Source: Promethearchaeota archaeon
GTDB lineage: Archaea > Asgardarchaeota > Lokiarchaeia > Sigyniarchaeales > SOKP01
DNA: 56,020 nucleotides
Direction: 5' to 3'
Assembly (NCBI GenBank): GCA_048940925.1
Contig: JBHLOC010000033.1
Coordinates: 1 to 56,020, forward strand
Part shown: piece by piece, positions 47,267 to 56,020 of the stretch
Numbering within the stretch: position 1 is the first letter of the stretch
How the letters are laid out: each line of letters starts with the position of its first letter
Notes under the pieces: generated by a model
The model's database searches: none
What the model was told of the DNA's origin: nothing
What the model saw: the letters and a program-made list of their open reading frames with translations, nothing else
Position numbers and translations under genes: made by a program

Positions 47267-47428
47267 TATTCCTTAATGTTATCTTTTATAATATTTAATC
47301 AAATCTAATAATTAGATCTCTGACAATTTCCAAGAAGATTTAAATAATAGCTCTTTCATAATTGAGGTAGATCTTAGTTTACAAAAAAAATATAATCAAA
47401 TTTAAAATCTTTTTAAAGGTGAAATCTC

Positions 47429-48388
47429 ATATCAAATTGGTTTTCTCTAATATTTTTTGCGATTGGAGTATTAATTTTAATTTTAATTATAAGATACATA
47501 ATCATTACGACCAGATGTTCTAAATGGCCAGTTGTCGTTGGCGAAGTTATTTCGTCCCAATTAGAACCCAAATATAAAAAACTAGCTGAATTTGCTGAAG
47601 AAAGCCACATGGTAATTTCTATCTATCGCCCAAATATCACTTATACCTATGAAATTGAGGGAGAAAAATATGTTAATAATAAAGTAAGACCCGTCGGAAG
47701 AAATGTTTATAAGGAAAAACCTCAAGTGCAACGGGTATTAAACCTGTTTCCAGAAGGCTACAAAGTCTACATTCATTATAATCCCCAAGATCCTCAAGAT
47801 TCAGTATTAGATCCTTGGATGCGCTTTTCTCCAATAGCCATCACGATACCTACAGCCTCAATTTTCCTAGGTTTGGGTTTTGCATTTAGTGGAATTAATA
47901 TTTTAATTCAATTGGGGATAAACTTTATTTCAGTCCCCGTATATATTGCATCTCTCCTTATCATCGGACAAAACTTTCGATATCTTGTGAAAGTGTTGAA
48001 AAGCAAAAATTGGCCATTTGTCGAAGGAGTAATAGAAAAAGTAATGGTGTATGGAAAATTAACAACAGATAGTGAAACTTATAACGTAGATGTAACCTAC
48101 ACTTATGATGTTCAGGGACAGAAATATACTAATCACCAAATAAAACTCGATTTCGTGCGTGGAGCTCGAACTTTTGTTCCTAAAATCTTTGCTATGATGA
48201 AAGCAGAACAATATGAAGAAGGAAACAAAGTTAAGGTGTTCTTTGATCCTCGAAACCCTAATCAATCAATTTTAGAAAAAGGCTTAAGATACTTCACTTT
48301 TTTCCTGATGTTTATCGTAGGTTTTGGATTACTTTTCTTTGCCATTTTTGGAATTCAACCTATGATATATACAATCCTAAATTCTTAA
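47429..48388 (+). CDS. Tandem DUF3592-like membrane protein (two repeats)
   Basis: Two TM-(K/N)WP.V.G.(V/I)...Y.Y...G..Y...V.YnP.dP..S.L units. The first unit lies upstream of the ORF-track ATG 47609 in the same open frame; start inferred at ATA 47429. Confidence 0.7.
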   Translation: MSNWFSLIFFAIGVLILILIIRYIIITTRCSKWPVVVGEVISSQLEPKYKKLAEFAEESHMVISIYRPNITYTYEIEGEKYVNNKVRPVGRNVYKEKPQVQRVLNLFPEGYKVYIHYNPQDPQDSVLDPWMRFSPIAITIPTASIFLGLGFAFSGINILIQLGINFISVPVYIASLLIIGQNFRYLVKVLKSKNWPFVEGVIEKVMVYGKLTTDSETYNVDVTYTYDVQGQKYTNHQIKLDFVRGARTFVPKIFAMMKAEQYEEGNKVKVFFDPRNPNQSILEKGLRYFTFFLMFIVGFGLLFFAIFGIQPMIYTILNS

Positions 48389-48527
48389 ATTCAGATCTTT
48401 CATATTTTTTTTTAGAATCATAAACTAGATTTTACTTATATATCCTTATCAGCATATACATCTTTCAATCATTCTAATAAGTCGAGCTCCGAATGTTTTA
48501 AAAAAAAATTAGCAATAATATAGATCT

Positions 48528-48962
48528 TTACTCATCATCATCTAAAAAATCAAGATCCACCACAATTTTCTTTTTCTGTGGATTTTTTTTCAAAGTTGTC
48601 CCATTTTTTCCTAATTCGTCAATATTATCAAATTTAATATCAGAAACAAACATATTCATTAAATCCATCTCATCTTGAGAACCTTGCTTAAATAAATCTT
48701 CAAATTCTCCCAGTTGGTCTTGAATATTTCCAAGCTTTTTTGATGCAACTTTCCCGACAACGTTCTCAAACCTGTCTTTAATTTTATCCATGAATTTTGG
48801 ACGACCAATTCCTTTTGATTTCCGTCGCATACGTAATTCTTTCTGGATGTATACACTCCACTGATCTCGCGGAACTCCCATCAATCTGAGTTCATCCTTC
48901 ATTTTCTGGATTTGTTCTTTTTCTTCCTTTGAAAAAGAGTGTTTGGTCTTTTTTTTACTCAT
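48528..48962 (-). CDS. Hypothetical charged helical protein
   Basis: 144-aa ORF; no family recognised. Confidence 0.55.
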   Translation of the reverse strand: MSKKKTKHSFSKEEKEQIQKMKDELRLMGVPRDQWSVYIQKELRMRRKSKGIGRPKFMDKIKDRFENVVGKVASKKLGNIQDQLGEFEDLFKQGSQDEMDLMNMFVSDIKFDNIDELGKNGTTLKKNPQKKKIVVDLDFLDDDE

Positions 48963-49223
48963 AACACTATAGATAATGATTTGAAAGTTTTAAACGCTCG
49001 TAAAATGTAATTTGGATTAGGAAATTCAAAAAATGTCCTAAAATGGTCCATGAACATAAAAACGATCTCTTAAACTATTTTCTTTAAAGGAATTAAACCA
49101 AACCCCAAATGGAGTAAAAGATCCCGCTTTCTGAATTTTAAATTTTATAAACTTGAGAAATTGGAATTTAAATAATTAAGCTGAAAGGAAAATCTTATTA
49201 ATTCTGATAAAATATAAAAAATA

Positions 49224-49886
49224 ATGCAGAATAGTGAATTGGATAAGCAATCAAATAAACCAAATATCAACGCGACAAAATTAGAAGTTTCATCATTCGG
49301 TGTGATCGGGGGATTGATTAGCATCGAACATGGTATCTTTGAAACGGCTCAAGGGAATGTTCCCACTAATGGAATAATAATAAATGCAATAGCTCCAGGA
49401 CATTGGTATTGGAAAGAAGGGGGTGAACTTGCTATGACAATAATTCCAAACTTTTTAATTACCGGAATAGTTGCCATAATCATTGGTATTATGGTAATAA
49501 TTTGGTCAATTAGATTTGTCTCAGCAAAATACGGAGCTCTGGGGTTGTTTACTCTTACTATATTAACCTTATTATTCGGAGGAGGAATTGCTTTTTTGAT
49601 TATAGGGATTATAATCTCTATTATCGCAACACAAATTAATAAATCTCATACATGGTGGGATAAACATCTTTCAAATAATGTAAAAAAGTATTTTACTAAG
49701 TTGTGGCTTTCATTATTTAGTATTTCAATTATAGTATTAGGATGTTTAGTCTTAGGTGGAATATTTGGTGTATGGTTCTTAAAGCCAAATAACGCTATAA
49801 TCTTATTAAGCAATGTCGGTTTAATATCAATTGGATTGATTATCTTTACTATTATCTTTGGTCTTATACATGATATTGAGGTATAA
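49224..49886 (+). CDS. Hypothetical polytopic membrane protein
   Basis: About 6 TMs; GL..IEHG.FE..QGN motif. Confidence 0.65.
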   Translation: MQNSELDKQSNKPNINATKLEVSSFGVIGGLISIEHGIFETAQGNVPTNGIIINAIAPGHWYWKEGGELAMTIIPNFLITGIVAIIIGIMVIIWSIRFVSAKYGALGLFTLTILTLLFGGGIAFLIIGIIISIIATQINKSHTWWDKHLSNNVKKYFTKLWLSLFSISIIVLGCLVLGGIFGVWFLKPNNAIILLSNVGLISIGLIIFTIIFGLIHDIEV

Positions 49887-49966
49887 TTCCAAACACCTTT
49901 AATTTTAAAATATCTTTTTTTTATCCTTGAACGTGCAAGAGAATATGAAGATCAAGTTATAATAAT

Positions 49967-50530
49967 TCAATTTCTTTTGTTTTCTATATTACTTATATTA
50001 ATTCCAAGTTGATACGCTTCTTCTAAATGATCTTTACACATATTAATTGGAATATCTTTTTGTTCATCTTTATCATAAGTACAACATGTAATTATGAATA
50101 ATTTGATGTTAAAAAATGGCGCTATCCGCTCAAAAAATGCAACTGTTGATTCACAGTGATGTCGATAAGTAATTATAACTACAAATGTTTTATTTCCAAA
50201 GTCTTCCCAAGCAAGGGCTTCCATTCTGTCGAACACAGTTTTTAGTTGAGCTGTCATATACCCCCAATACATAGGAGTGGCAAAAACTATCGTGTCTGCT
50301 TTCTTATATGCTGAATAAATTGTTTCCATATCATCTTTTATGGCACAGCTATGATTTATTGATGTCGCACATGTAAGGCAGCCTTGACATGGTTTAATAT
50401 TTAATTCGTTAGTGTAAAAATGTTCTACTTCCTTAACTCCATTACTATTCAATCCTCTTATGAAGTAATTAACTAACGTGTCTGAGTTTTGATTTTTTCT
50501 TGGACTACCATGGATTACTATAGCTTTCAT
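49967..50530 (-). CDS. Iron-sulfur flavoprotein / flavodoxin-like FMN reductase
   Basis: GSPR, PCQGCLTC-x6-C, ATPMYWG...LKTVFDR. Confidence 0.85.
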   Translation of the reverse strand: MKAIVIHGSPRKNQNSDTLVNYFIRGLNSNGVKEVEHFYTNELNIKPCQGCLTCATSINHSCAIKDDMETIYSAYKKADTIVFATPMYWGYMTAQLKTVFDRMEALAWEDFGNKTFVVIITYRHHCESTVAFFERIAPFFNIKLFIITCCTYDKDEQKDIPINMCKDHLEEAYQLGINISNIENKRN

Positions 50531-50776
50531 ACCAATAAACCCTCTTTCTAAAAATAGTTTTATTATTACCTATATTTTTGCTTATTTATAAGAATTTGTT
50601 AGTAAAAAGTGAAATAAACAAGATATTATGGAAAAATCATAAAATTTCCTACAAACCTTCTCTATAATTTATAGCCCCTTCAACTAAGAATTTTCACTTT
50701 TTTCAAAATTTCGTAGTCCCTTGTAGATTTTCATCCTTCTCTACGGCCTTTTTGAATTTTAAAAGAAGGAGAGAGG

Positions 50777-50923
50777 ATGCTGATAATGTTCAATTATTTA
50801 ATACATATTCCAGAAAATGAGCAAAACAAATTTTTAGAAGTCTGTAAAGAAAATGGGGGATTTTGCGATTGCGAAATCTTGATGAATGCCGCTCGCTTTC
50901 CTTTAGGAGAAGAAACTCCGTAG
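50777..50923 (+). CDS. Short DUF2695-like protein or remnant (48 aa)
   Basis: ...CKENGGFCDCEILMNA..LGEETP; a more decayed copy (CNCKI.NA..LGEET) lies at about 51530-51580. Confidence 0.5.
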   Translation: MLIMFNYLIHIPENEQNKFLEVCKENGGFCDCEILMNAARFPLGEETP

Positions 50924-51023
50924 TAAAAAGAAGAACTCTTGTGGTAATAAAAAAGTAGTTTTATATTTCTTGCTCTTCTTGCTATAATCTAGTATTGCCT
51001 TTTTCTCTATTCTTATTTATTCC

Positions 51024-51455
51024 TTATTTGGAATCTCTAATCTTATCAAGCATACCAGACATTTTTTCTTGTAGAAATCTATCTCTAGCACCTAGTATGG
51101 ATCGTCCTATAGGCATTTCGGGATTTCTATAAGGTAAACAGGTTGGAAATGCTCTTAAAAACGTAGATCTAGCGAATTCCTCTTCTCCATCCATGAGAAG
51201 TCTTCTAACATCCTCCAAACTCTCTGTTTGGTCCTCATTTACTGCAAGTTCTAAATTACTTAGAGATAATACTTTGGTTAATGCATTAATAACCTGAGAA
51301 ATCTCAAGTCCAATAAATTGTTTAAAAAAATCAAATTGCCTTCCACACAGTTCTATCACTTTATTGCCATTTGGTCTCTTAGGAAATTTACCCCCAATCA
51401 TAGTTTGTAACGTTTGATTCTTTTTCTCCTTAGCCTCGAATTTAATATTCATCAT
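51024..51455 (-). CDS. Hypothetical protein
   Basis: 143-aa ORF; no family recognised. Confidence 0.5.
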   Translation of the reverse strand: MMNIKFEAKEKKNQTLQTMIGGKFPKRPNGNKVIELCGRQFDFFKQFIGLEISQVINALTKVLSLSNLELAVNEDQTESLEDVRRLLMDGEEEFARSTFLRAFPTCLPYRNPEMPIGRSILGARDRFLQEKMSGMLDKIRDSK

Positions 51456-52077
51456 TTTTTTTTCTAAATTTTTGTCAAAAATATTTTATACTCTACATAT
51501 CAATATTTACTTTTATAATTAATTATGAAATTGCAATTGTAAAATTCACAATGCTTATCTTTTAGGAGAAGAAACCCATGGCAACTTAATTTAATGAAGT
51601 AATAATGAGAAAATACAGTGTTTTAATTCTTCTCATAATGGTAATTCCTCTCGACATGGAATTATGCTGTTATCAATTATTTTTCGAAGCTCTTGTATGA
51701 TTTGAAAAAAAAAAATTATTAGTTATAAATAGATTTCCGATATTATTCCAATTGATACTTTTTAAACCCATCCTAGAGGATAACCCTTACTCCAACCATA
51801 AATATAGAACCAAAATGTTGGTTTGGTGATGTATCTTTTCTGACAATGTATTATATCATAAGTGAAAGTGGGGTCATAAATGAAATAAATGAAATTTCCC
51901 AATATATTAGAAAATCACTTGAACTGAGAAGAAGAGCAAGATGATTTGAATGACATAAATTTGGTATTAGTTTATATCAAATTTAATTTGAAATATCAAT
52001 AATAAAAAAAAGGTAACTTCTTTACTACCATAGAAGATTATATTGTGTTTAAAAGGTTTCAAGTTCTCAAATCCTAA

Positions 52078-52944
52078 TTAGTCGTTTAATTTGGCAATGG
52101 AAAAGACTGTGTACCCATAATCACTATAGCCCCAAATATATATTGGATATGGGGTACCCTCATATTCCGGATTTATATACACCTCTACCAGGGCTCCCTT
52201 AGAAAGGTAAACAATTTCTGTTAAGTCTACAACGAACAACAGATCATCAGGATTTAAAGCATAACTGCACCTCATGTGATAGTAGCTGTTTATCATATAA
52301 TAGATGCTTCCCAAGCGAATTTGGGAAGCAAAATTTCGAAGGAAAACTGAAGTCATTATCAGATAAGTTCCATCTTCAGGAACCGTGTATCCATTAGCTG
52401 CTAGATCAAAACTATTAGTAGTATCATAACTTTTGTGATTAAAATTGAGACGAATATTATCAAATACTTCATATGACCCTTCGTAATAAACTCTTGTTCT
52501 GGGAGTAGGACCGGGATTATTTAACACATATACCATAATCTCATCCTGAGCAATATTACTTTCAGTATCTATAGCTTTCACTGAGACATTATACCATCCG
52601 TCGCTAACGAGTGTTGTATTCCATACCCAAGGAACACTAGTTGCATTTAAAGTACCATTAATAAATACATTCACTGAGCATGTTGACGAATTCCAGAGGA
52701 GTATTCGAACCTTTACTAGCCCTGAGACAATTTCATAATGATCAGGATCTAATATTCCTACTTGTAATCCTACTATATCCTGTCCATCTTGCCCATCTTG
52801 CCCTCCAGTACCATCTATTCCATCCTCTCCTGGAGGTCCCTCAATGACTTGAAAATTCACCACTGAAAATACTCCAACTCCTAAACCAGAGGCTCCGATA
52901 ATGAGGGCTATAATCCCAAATAGTGAACTTTTATTTTCAACCAT
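52078..52944 (-). CDS. Membrane-anchored collagen-repeat / Ig-like / C1q-like surface protein
   Basis: N-terminal TM; GPPGEDGIDGTGGQDGQDGQD; WNT..V.DGWY.V.V.A.D (Ig-like); LNF....YD..NSFD....YTVPEDGTY...YLSKG..VEVY (C1q-like). Confidence 0.7.
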   Translation of the reverse strand: MVENKSSLFGIIALIIGASGLGVGVFSVVNFQVIEGPPGEDGIDGTGGQDGQDGQDIVGLQVGILDPDHYEIVSGLVKVRILLWNSSTCSVNVFINGTLNATSVPWVWNTTLVSDGWYNVSVKAIDTESNIAQDEIMVYVLNNPGPTPRTRVYYEGSYEVFDNIRLNFNHKSYDTTNSFDLAANGYTVPEDGTYLIMTSVFLRNFASQIRLGSIYYMINSYYHMRCSYALNPDDLLFVVDLTEIVYLSKGALVEVYINPEYEGTPYPIYIWGYSDYGYTVFSIAKLND

Positions 52945-53299
52945 ATTTTCACACCTCTATTTTTAGAAATTAATAATTATATAAATTTAACACATTTGTC
53001 AATTTAAATATATATTAAGTAACATTAAAAGTGGAAAATAGATGTGTCCTAGCAAAAAATAATTTGGAACTAAATTACTGAGTATTTTTCTTAAAAATGG
53101 TTCCTGAAAAATTTGGAGACTCTTTCTCATGCCTAGTCTCCCCTAAAGACCGTAAACTATACAGTCCATTAAAAAGTGAGACTAGCTTTGAAGATATCGA
53201 GCCTCTTCCCCTAAAAAATGATGATTTAGTTTTACTTAGGTATTCCCTTAATTATTAATTTCAAACAGGAGAATTATTATCAGATTATTCTCCTTTCAT

Positions 53300-53610
53300 T
53301 TTCCTTAAGGATTTTAACTGACTTTTCAAATTTTCCCTTATTTTGTAGATATAATTTTTGTCTTCTTTAAATTTCAACAATAATTTTTCATCCTCTCGTA
53401 AGGTTTTTTCAAGCTCTTCACGTTTTATGGGAAAATACCAATATTTTTTCTGCTTTTGTTTTTCTCATCTTCCTCTGGAATAAGAGCTTCTAATCTCATA
53501 ATTATTTCTTCAAGTTCTCAAGTTCCATCACGATAAACATTGATTTCTTTTTTTTTGCTTAGTTCTTCCTCTAATTCTCTGATTCGAGCTTTTAATTCAT
53601 CTTCACTCAT
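53300..53610 (-). pseudogene. Decayed coiled-coil protein gene
   Basis: MSEDELKARIRELEEELSKK, then frameshifted LEEIIMRLEALIPEEDEK; stops follow. The 3' boundary is approximate. Confidence 0.45.
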
Positions 53611-53813
53611 AATGAAAAATCATTTTTCGCCAAAAAATGTATAGACTATAATGTAAAATATTTTAATTATATAAATGATTATATAAATCTTGAAATTATT
53701 TTACCTAAAAAATGTTAAATTTCATTTTATTAATTAAAATGTACTAACTAACGTTTTAGCGAAATCAAGTAAGAAATTTAATATTAGACAAAAAAAATAT
53801 AAGAGGAAATTAA

Positions 53814-55141
53814 ATGAAAAAGAAATTTGTCTTTATACCTATATTTATAATTTTTTTTGCTTTTTGCTTTGCTCAAGTAAAAGCTCGATCTTTTTCCAAT
53901 ATTCCACAGATCAATTCTTCGAATTCTACCAATATATTAATTGAATGGAATATAACATGGGGTTGGTCGGCTTATGAATGGGGAGATGATATAGCAATAG
54001 ATGAGAACGATAATCTATATCTTGCTGGAACTACAGACAGTTTTGGGGCTGGTGGAGACGACGTTTTTATTACAAAATATGATTTAGAAGGCAATCAACA
54101 ATGGAATACTACATGGGGTGGTTCTGATCATGATTGGAGTCAAGCTATTGCAGTAGATAATAAAGGTGGTGTATATGTTGTTGGGCGATGTGATCGATAT
54201 TGGGATGCTGGCGATATGTTCATTGCAAAATATAATGGTAATTGATCCTTGGAATGGGACCAAAAGATATCATGGTATGAAGAAGAAACATGGTTTGATG
54301 TGGTTGTGGATAAATATGGTGGGTATATGTTGCGGGAAAAACATCAAGCTATGGTGCTGGGAGTTCAGATGGGGTTATTGCCAAATATGACGGATCAGGT
54401 AATAATCCATGGATTTATACGTGGGGTTACGATGAATATGAATCAATTACAGCAATTACAGTAGATAATTTAGGATACATCTATATAACTGGAGTTACAA
54501 ATAGTTCGGGAGCAGAGAAATTCGATGGATTTATTTTTAAGCTTGATGCTGCGGGTTATTGGATATGGAATAGGACTTGGGGTAGTTTAGATAATGATAT
54601 TCCCCAGGGAATAGCTGTTGACAATAATGGTAATATATATATTGATGGATTTTCTGAGAATACAGAAACTGGTGAAAGTGATGTTTTCCTAGTAAAATAT
54701 GATGATGAAGGTAATCAGATATGGAATAAATTCTGGAGAACATCAAATGATGATTATTCTACAGGTGTAGTTGTAAGTAACGATAATAATATTTATGTTT
54801 GTGGTTATACTAATGGTTTAGGAGCAGATGGATATGATATATGCTTAATAAAGTTTGATGATGCTGGAAATGAATTATCGAATCAAACATGGGGCGGAAA
54901 TGATGATGATTGGACAGGGGATATCACGATAGACAATGAGGATAATATCTATATTGCAGGTTCGACTATGAGTTTTGGACCAGGCGGACTTGATGCGTTC
55001 ATTATAAAATATAGTACTACCACCGTCAAAAAAAAGTCTGTAATAGAAGGTTATCCTTTTGGTGCTTTTATTTTGATTTTTATAGTTTCAATTGAGATTT
55101 TGATTTATAAACAATTTAGAACAAAGAAAAAAAATTCATAA
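53814..55141 (+). pseudogene. SBBP-repeat beta-propeller surface protein with Loki-CTERM-like tail, disrupted
   Basis: IA.D...N.Y..G.T...G.G..D.F..KY...GN..W..TWG repeats; TGA at 54243 in a Gly position and a 1-nt deletion near 54322; the frame resumes to IEGYP-TM-KKKNS with stop at 55141. Confidence 0.75.
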
Positions 55142-55420
55142 AATCTTTCTTTTTTTTTTTAAATAAGTTTAATAAATTTGAAACTGTAAATTTAAAAGCT
55201 AATTTCTGGATTGAAATGCCAGAATGCATTGAAAGATTAAAGGAGCAAGGGCTTCAAATTATTTTATAACTGCAACTTGTAACTCTTATAAACCTAAGAA
55301 AAATATCTAAATTCATTACAAATAGGACAGTAATAAAATCCAGCCTTTTCTTTTTCTATTTCAAACCCACAAATATTACAGCACACTTTCATAACATGTT
55401 CATTTCTTAAAATTTAATAC

Positions 55421-56020
55421 TCAAATTCTTATTGGATTATAAAGTTCAGGTCCTACTACTTTTATATTTGTGTTATCGAATATCTTGCCAAAAAATTCTG
55501 GATGCTCGGTATGGATTGGAACTAAATATCGAGGATTAACTTCAATTATAAAGTTTATAAGATCATGGGGGATTACATGCCCTGACGCATGAATCCGATA
55601 ACTCGGAATTCCATATTTCTCCAATTTTTTCCCGATGGTTTTAGTGTTATCATAAAATTCCTCCGAGTAGGGGTCAATGCTTGAAGAAAGGAATAGTCCT
55701 TTAAGATTAAAATTAAGATTATCAACCAGGGCTGGATGCAAACGAGTTATATAAATGAAAAAATTCTTTTCTAAATCTTTTAAATCTCGATATTCAAGAA
55801 AGCGATCCCCTTTTTGATGTTTAAACATAATCTGGCGAATCTTTTCTTTCCATGGATATCTCGCAGCACCTCTTTTCAAGATATAAATGTGATCGTCATT
55901 CAGAATATTAGGATCTCGCATAGTTTCATAGAGGGGGTCTTTATTTAATAGATAATAGAAATAAGCTTCCTTTTCAGTAATAATATACTTCCACCCATAC
56001 TTTTTTGCGATATGTGAGAA
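55421..56020 (-). CDS. Beta-CASP/RNase J-like MBL hydrolase, C-terminal part (5' end outside window)
   Basis: IHASGH and PRYLVPIHTEH RMMBL motif; frame open to the window end. Confidence 0.8.
   Translation of the reverse strand, partial: FSHIAKKYGWKYIITEKEAYFYYLLNKDPLYETMRDPNILNDDHIYILKRGAARYPWKEKIRQIMFKHQKGDRFLEYRDLKDLEKNFFIYITRLHPALVDNLNFNLKGLFLSSSIDPYSEEFYDNTKTIGKKLEKYGIPSYRIHASGHVIPHDLINFIIEVNPRYLVPIHTEHPEFFGKIFDNTNIKVVGPELYNPIRI

Noticed and set aside
53115-53185. GGAGACT-N13-AGTCTCC hairpin as an IS end
   Set aside because: Only a 7-bp stem, with no transposase, second end or target duplication identifiable.
54243-54245. Selenocysteine readthrough of in-frame TGA
   Set aside because: The position is Gly in sister repeats, not Cys, and a frameshift follows, so it is better explained as GGA>TGA.

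Overview
This is an AT-rich archaeal window that reads as Asgard (Lokiarchaeia/Promethearchaeota-like). The assignment is inferred from Rab-like small GTPases, roadblock and longin domains, GGTGA ribosome-binding sites and a Loki-CTERM-like tail. I saw no rRNA, tRNA, CRISPR array, transposase, integrase or reverse transcriptase. Housekeeping-type genes include a RidA-family protein, a PQQ sugar dehydrogenase, an RNase Z-like MBL, HPS, PfpI, a methyltransferase, an iron-sulfur flavoprotein and an RNase J-like MBL. They are interspersed with a dense small-GTPase signalling island of 10 Rab-like genes plus 3 gene remnants, most with broken P-loops. The best candidate for an undescribed system has five linked parts. 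(i) An uncharacterised ~170-aa domain with invariant Cys...SIDE...EFxGHCSNxQ...FPLL occurs four times. It is fused N- or C-terminally to Rab-like domains three times and sits directly upstream of a Rab gene once. (ii) Two uDENN/longin proteins keep the ARG arginine-finger motif of FLCN/SMCR8/NPRL2 GAPs, and each lies just downstream of a Rab gene or Rab remnant. (iii) There are two roadblock genes, one with a hidden N-terminal wHTH. (iv) A TGACA-N4-TGTNA semi-palindrome sits at the TATA box of many GTPase genes. (v) Two orphan DppB-DppC fusion permeases have lost the ATPase-coupling EAA loops. The region also shows rapid gene birth and death: promoter-plus-5' stubs, split paralogues and duplicated TPR genes with a swapped insert. 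All family assignments are by-eye motif recognition; no searches were run.
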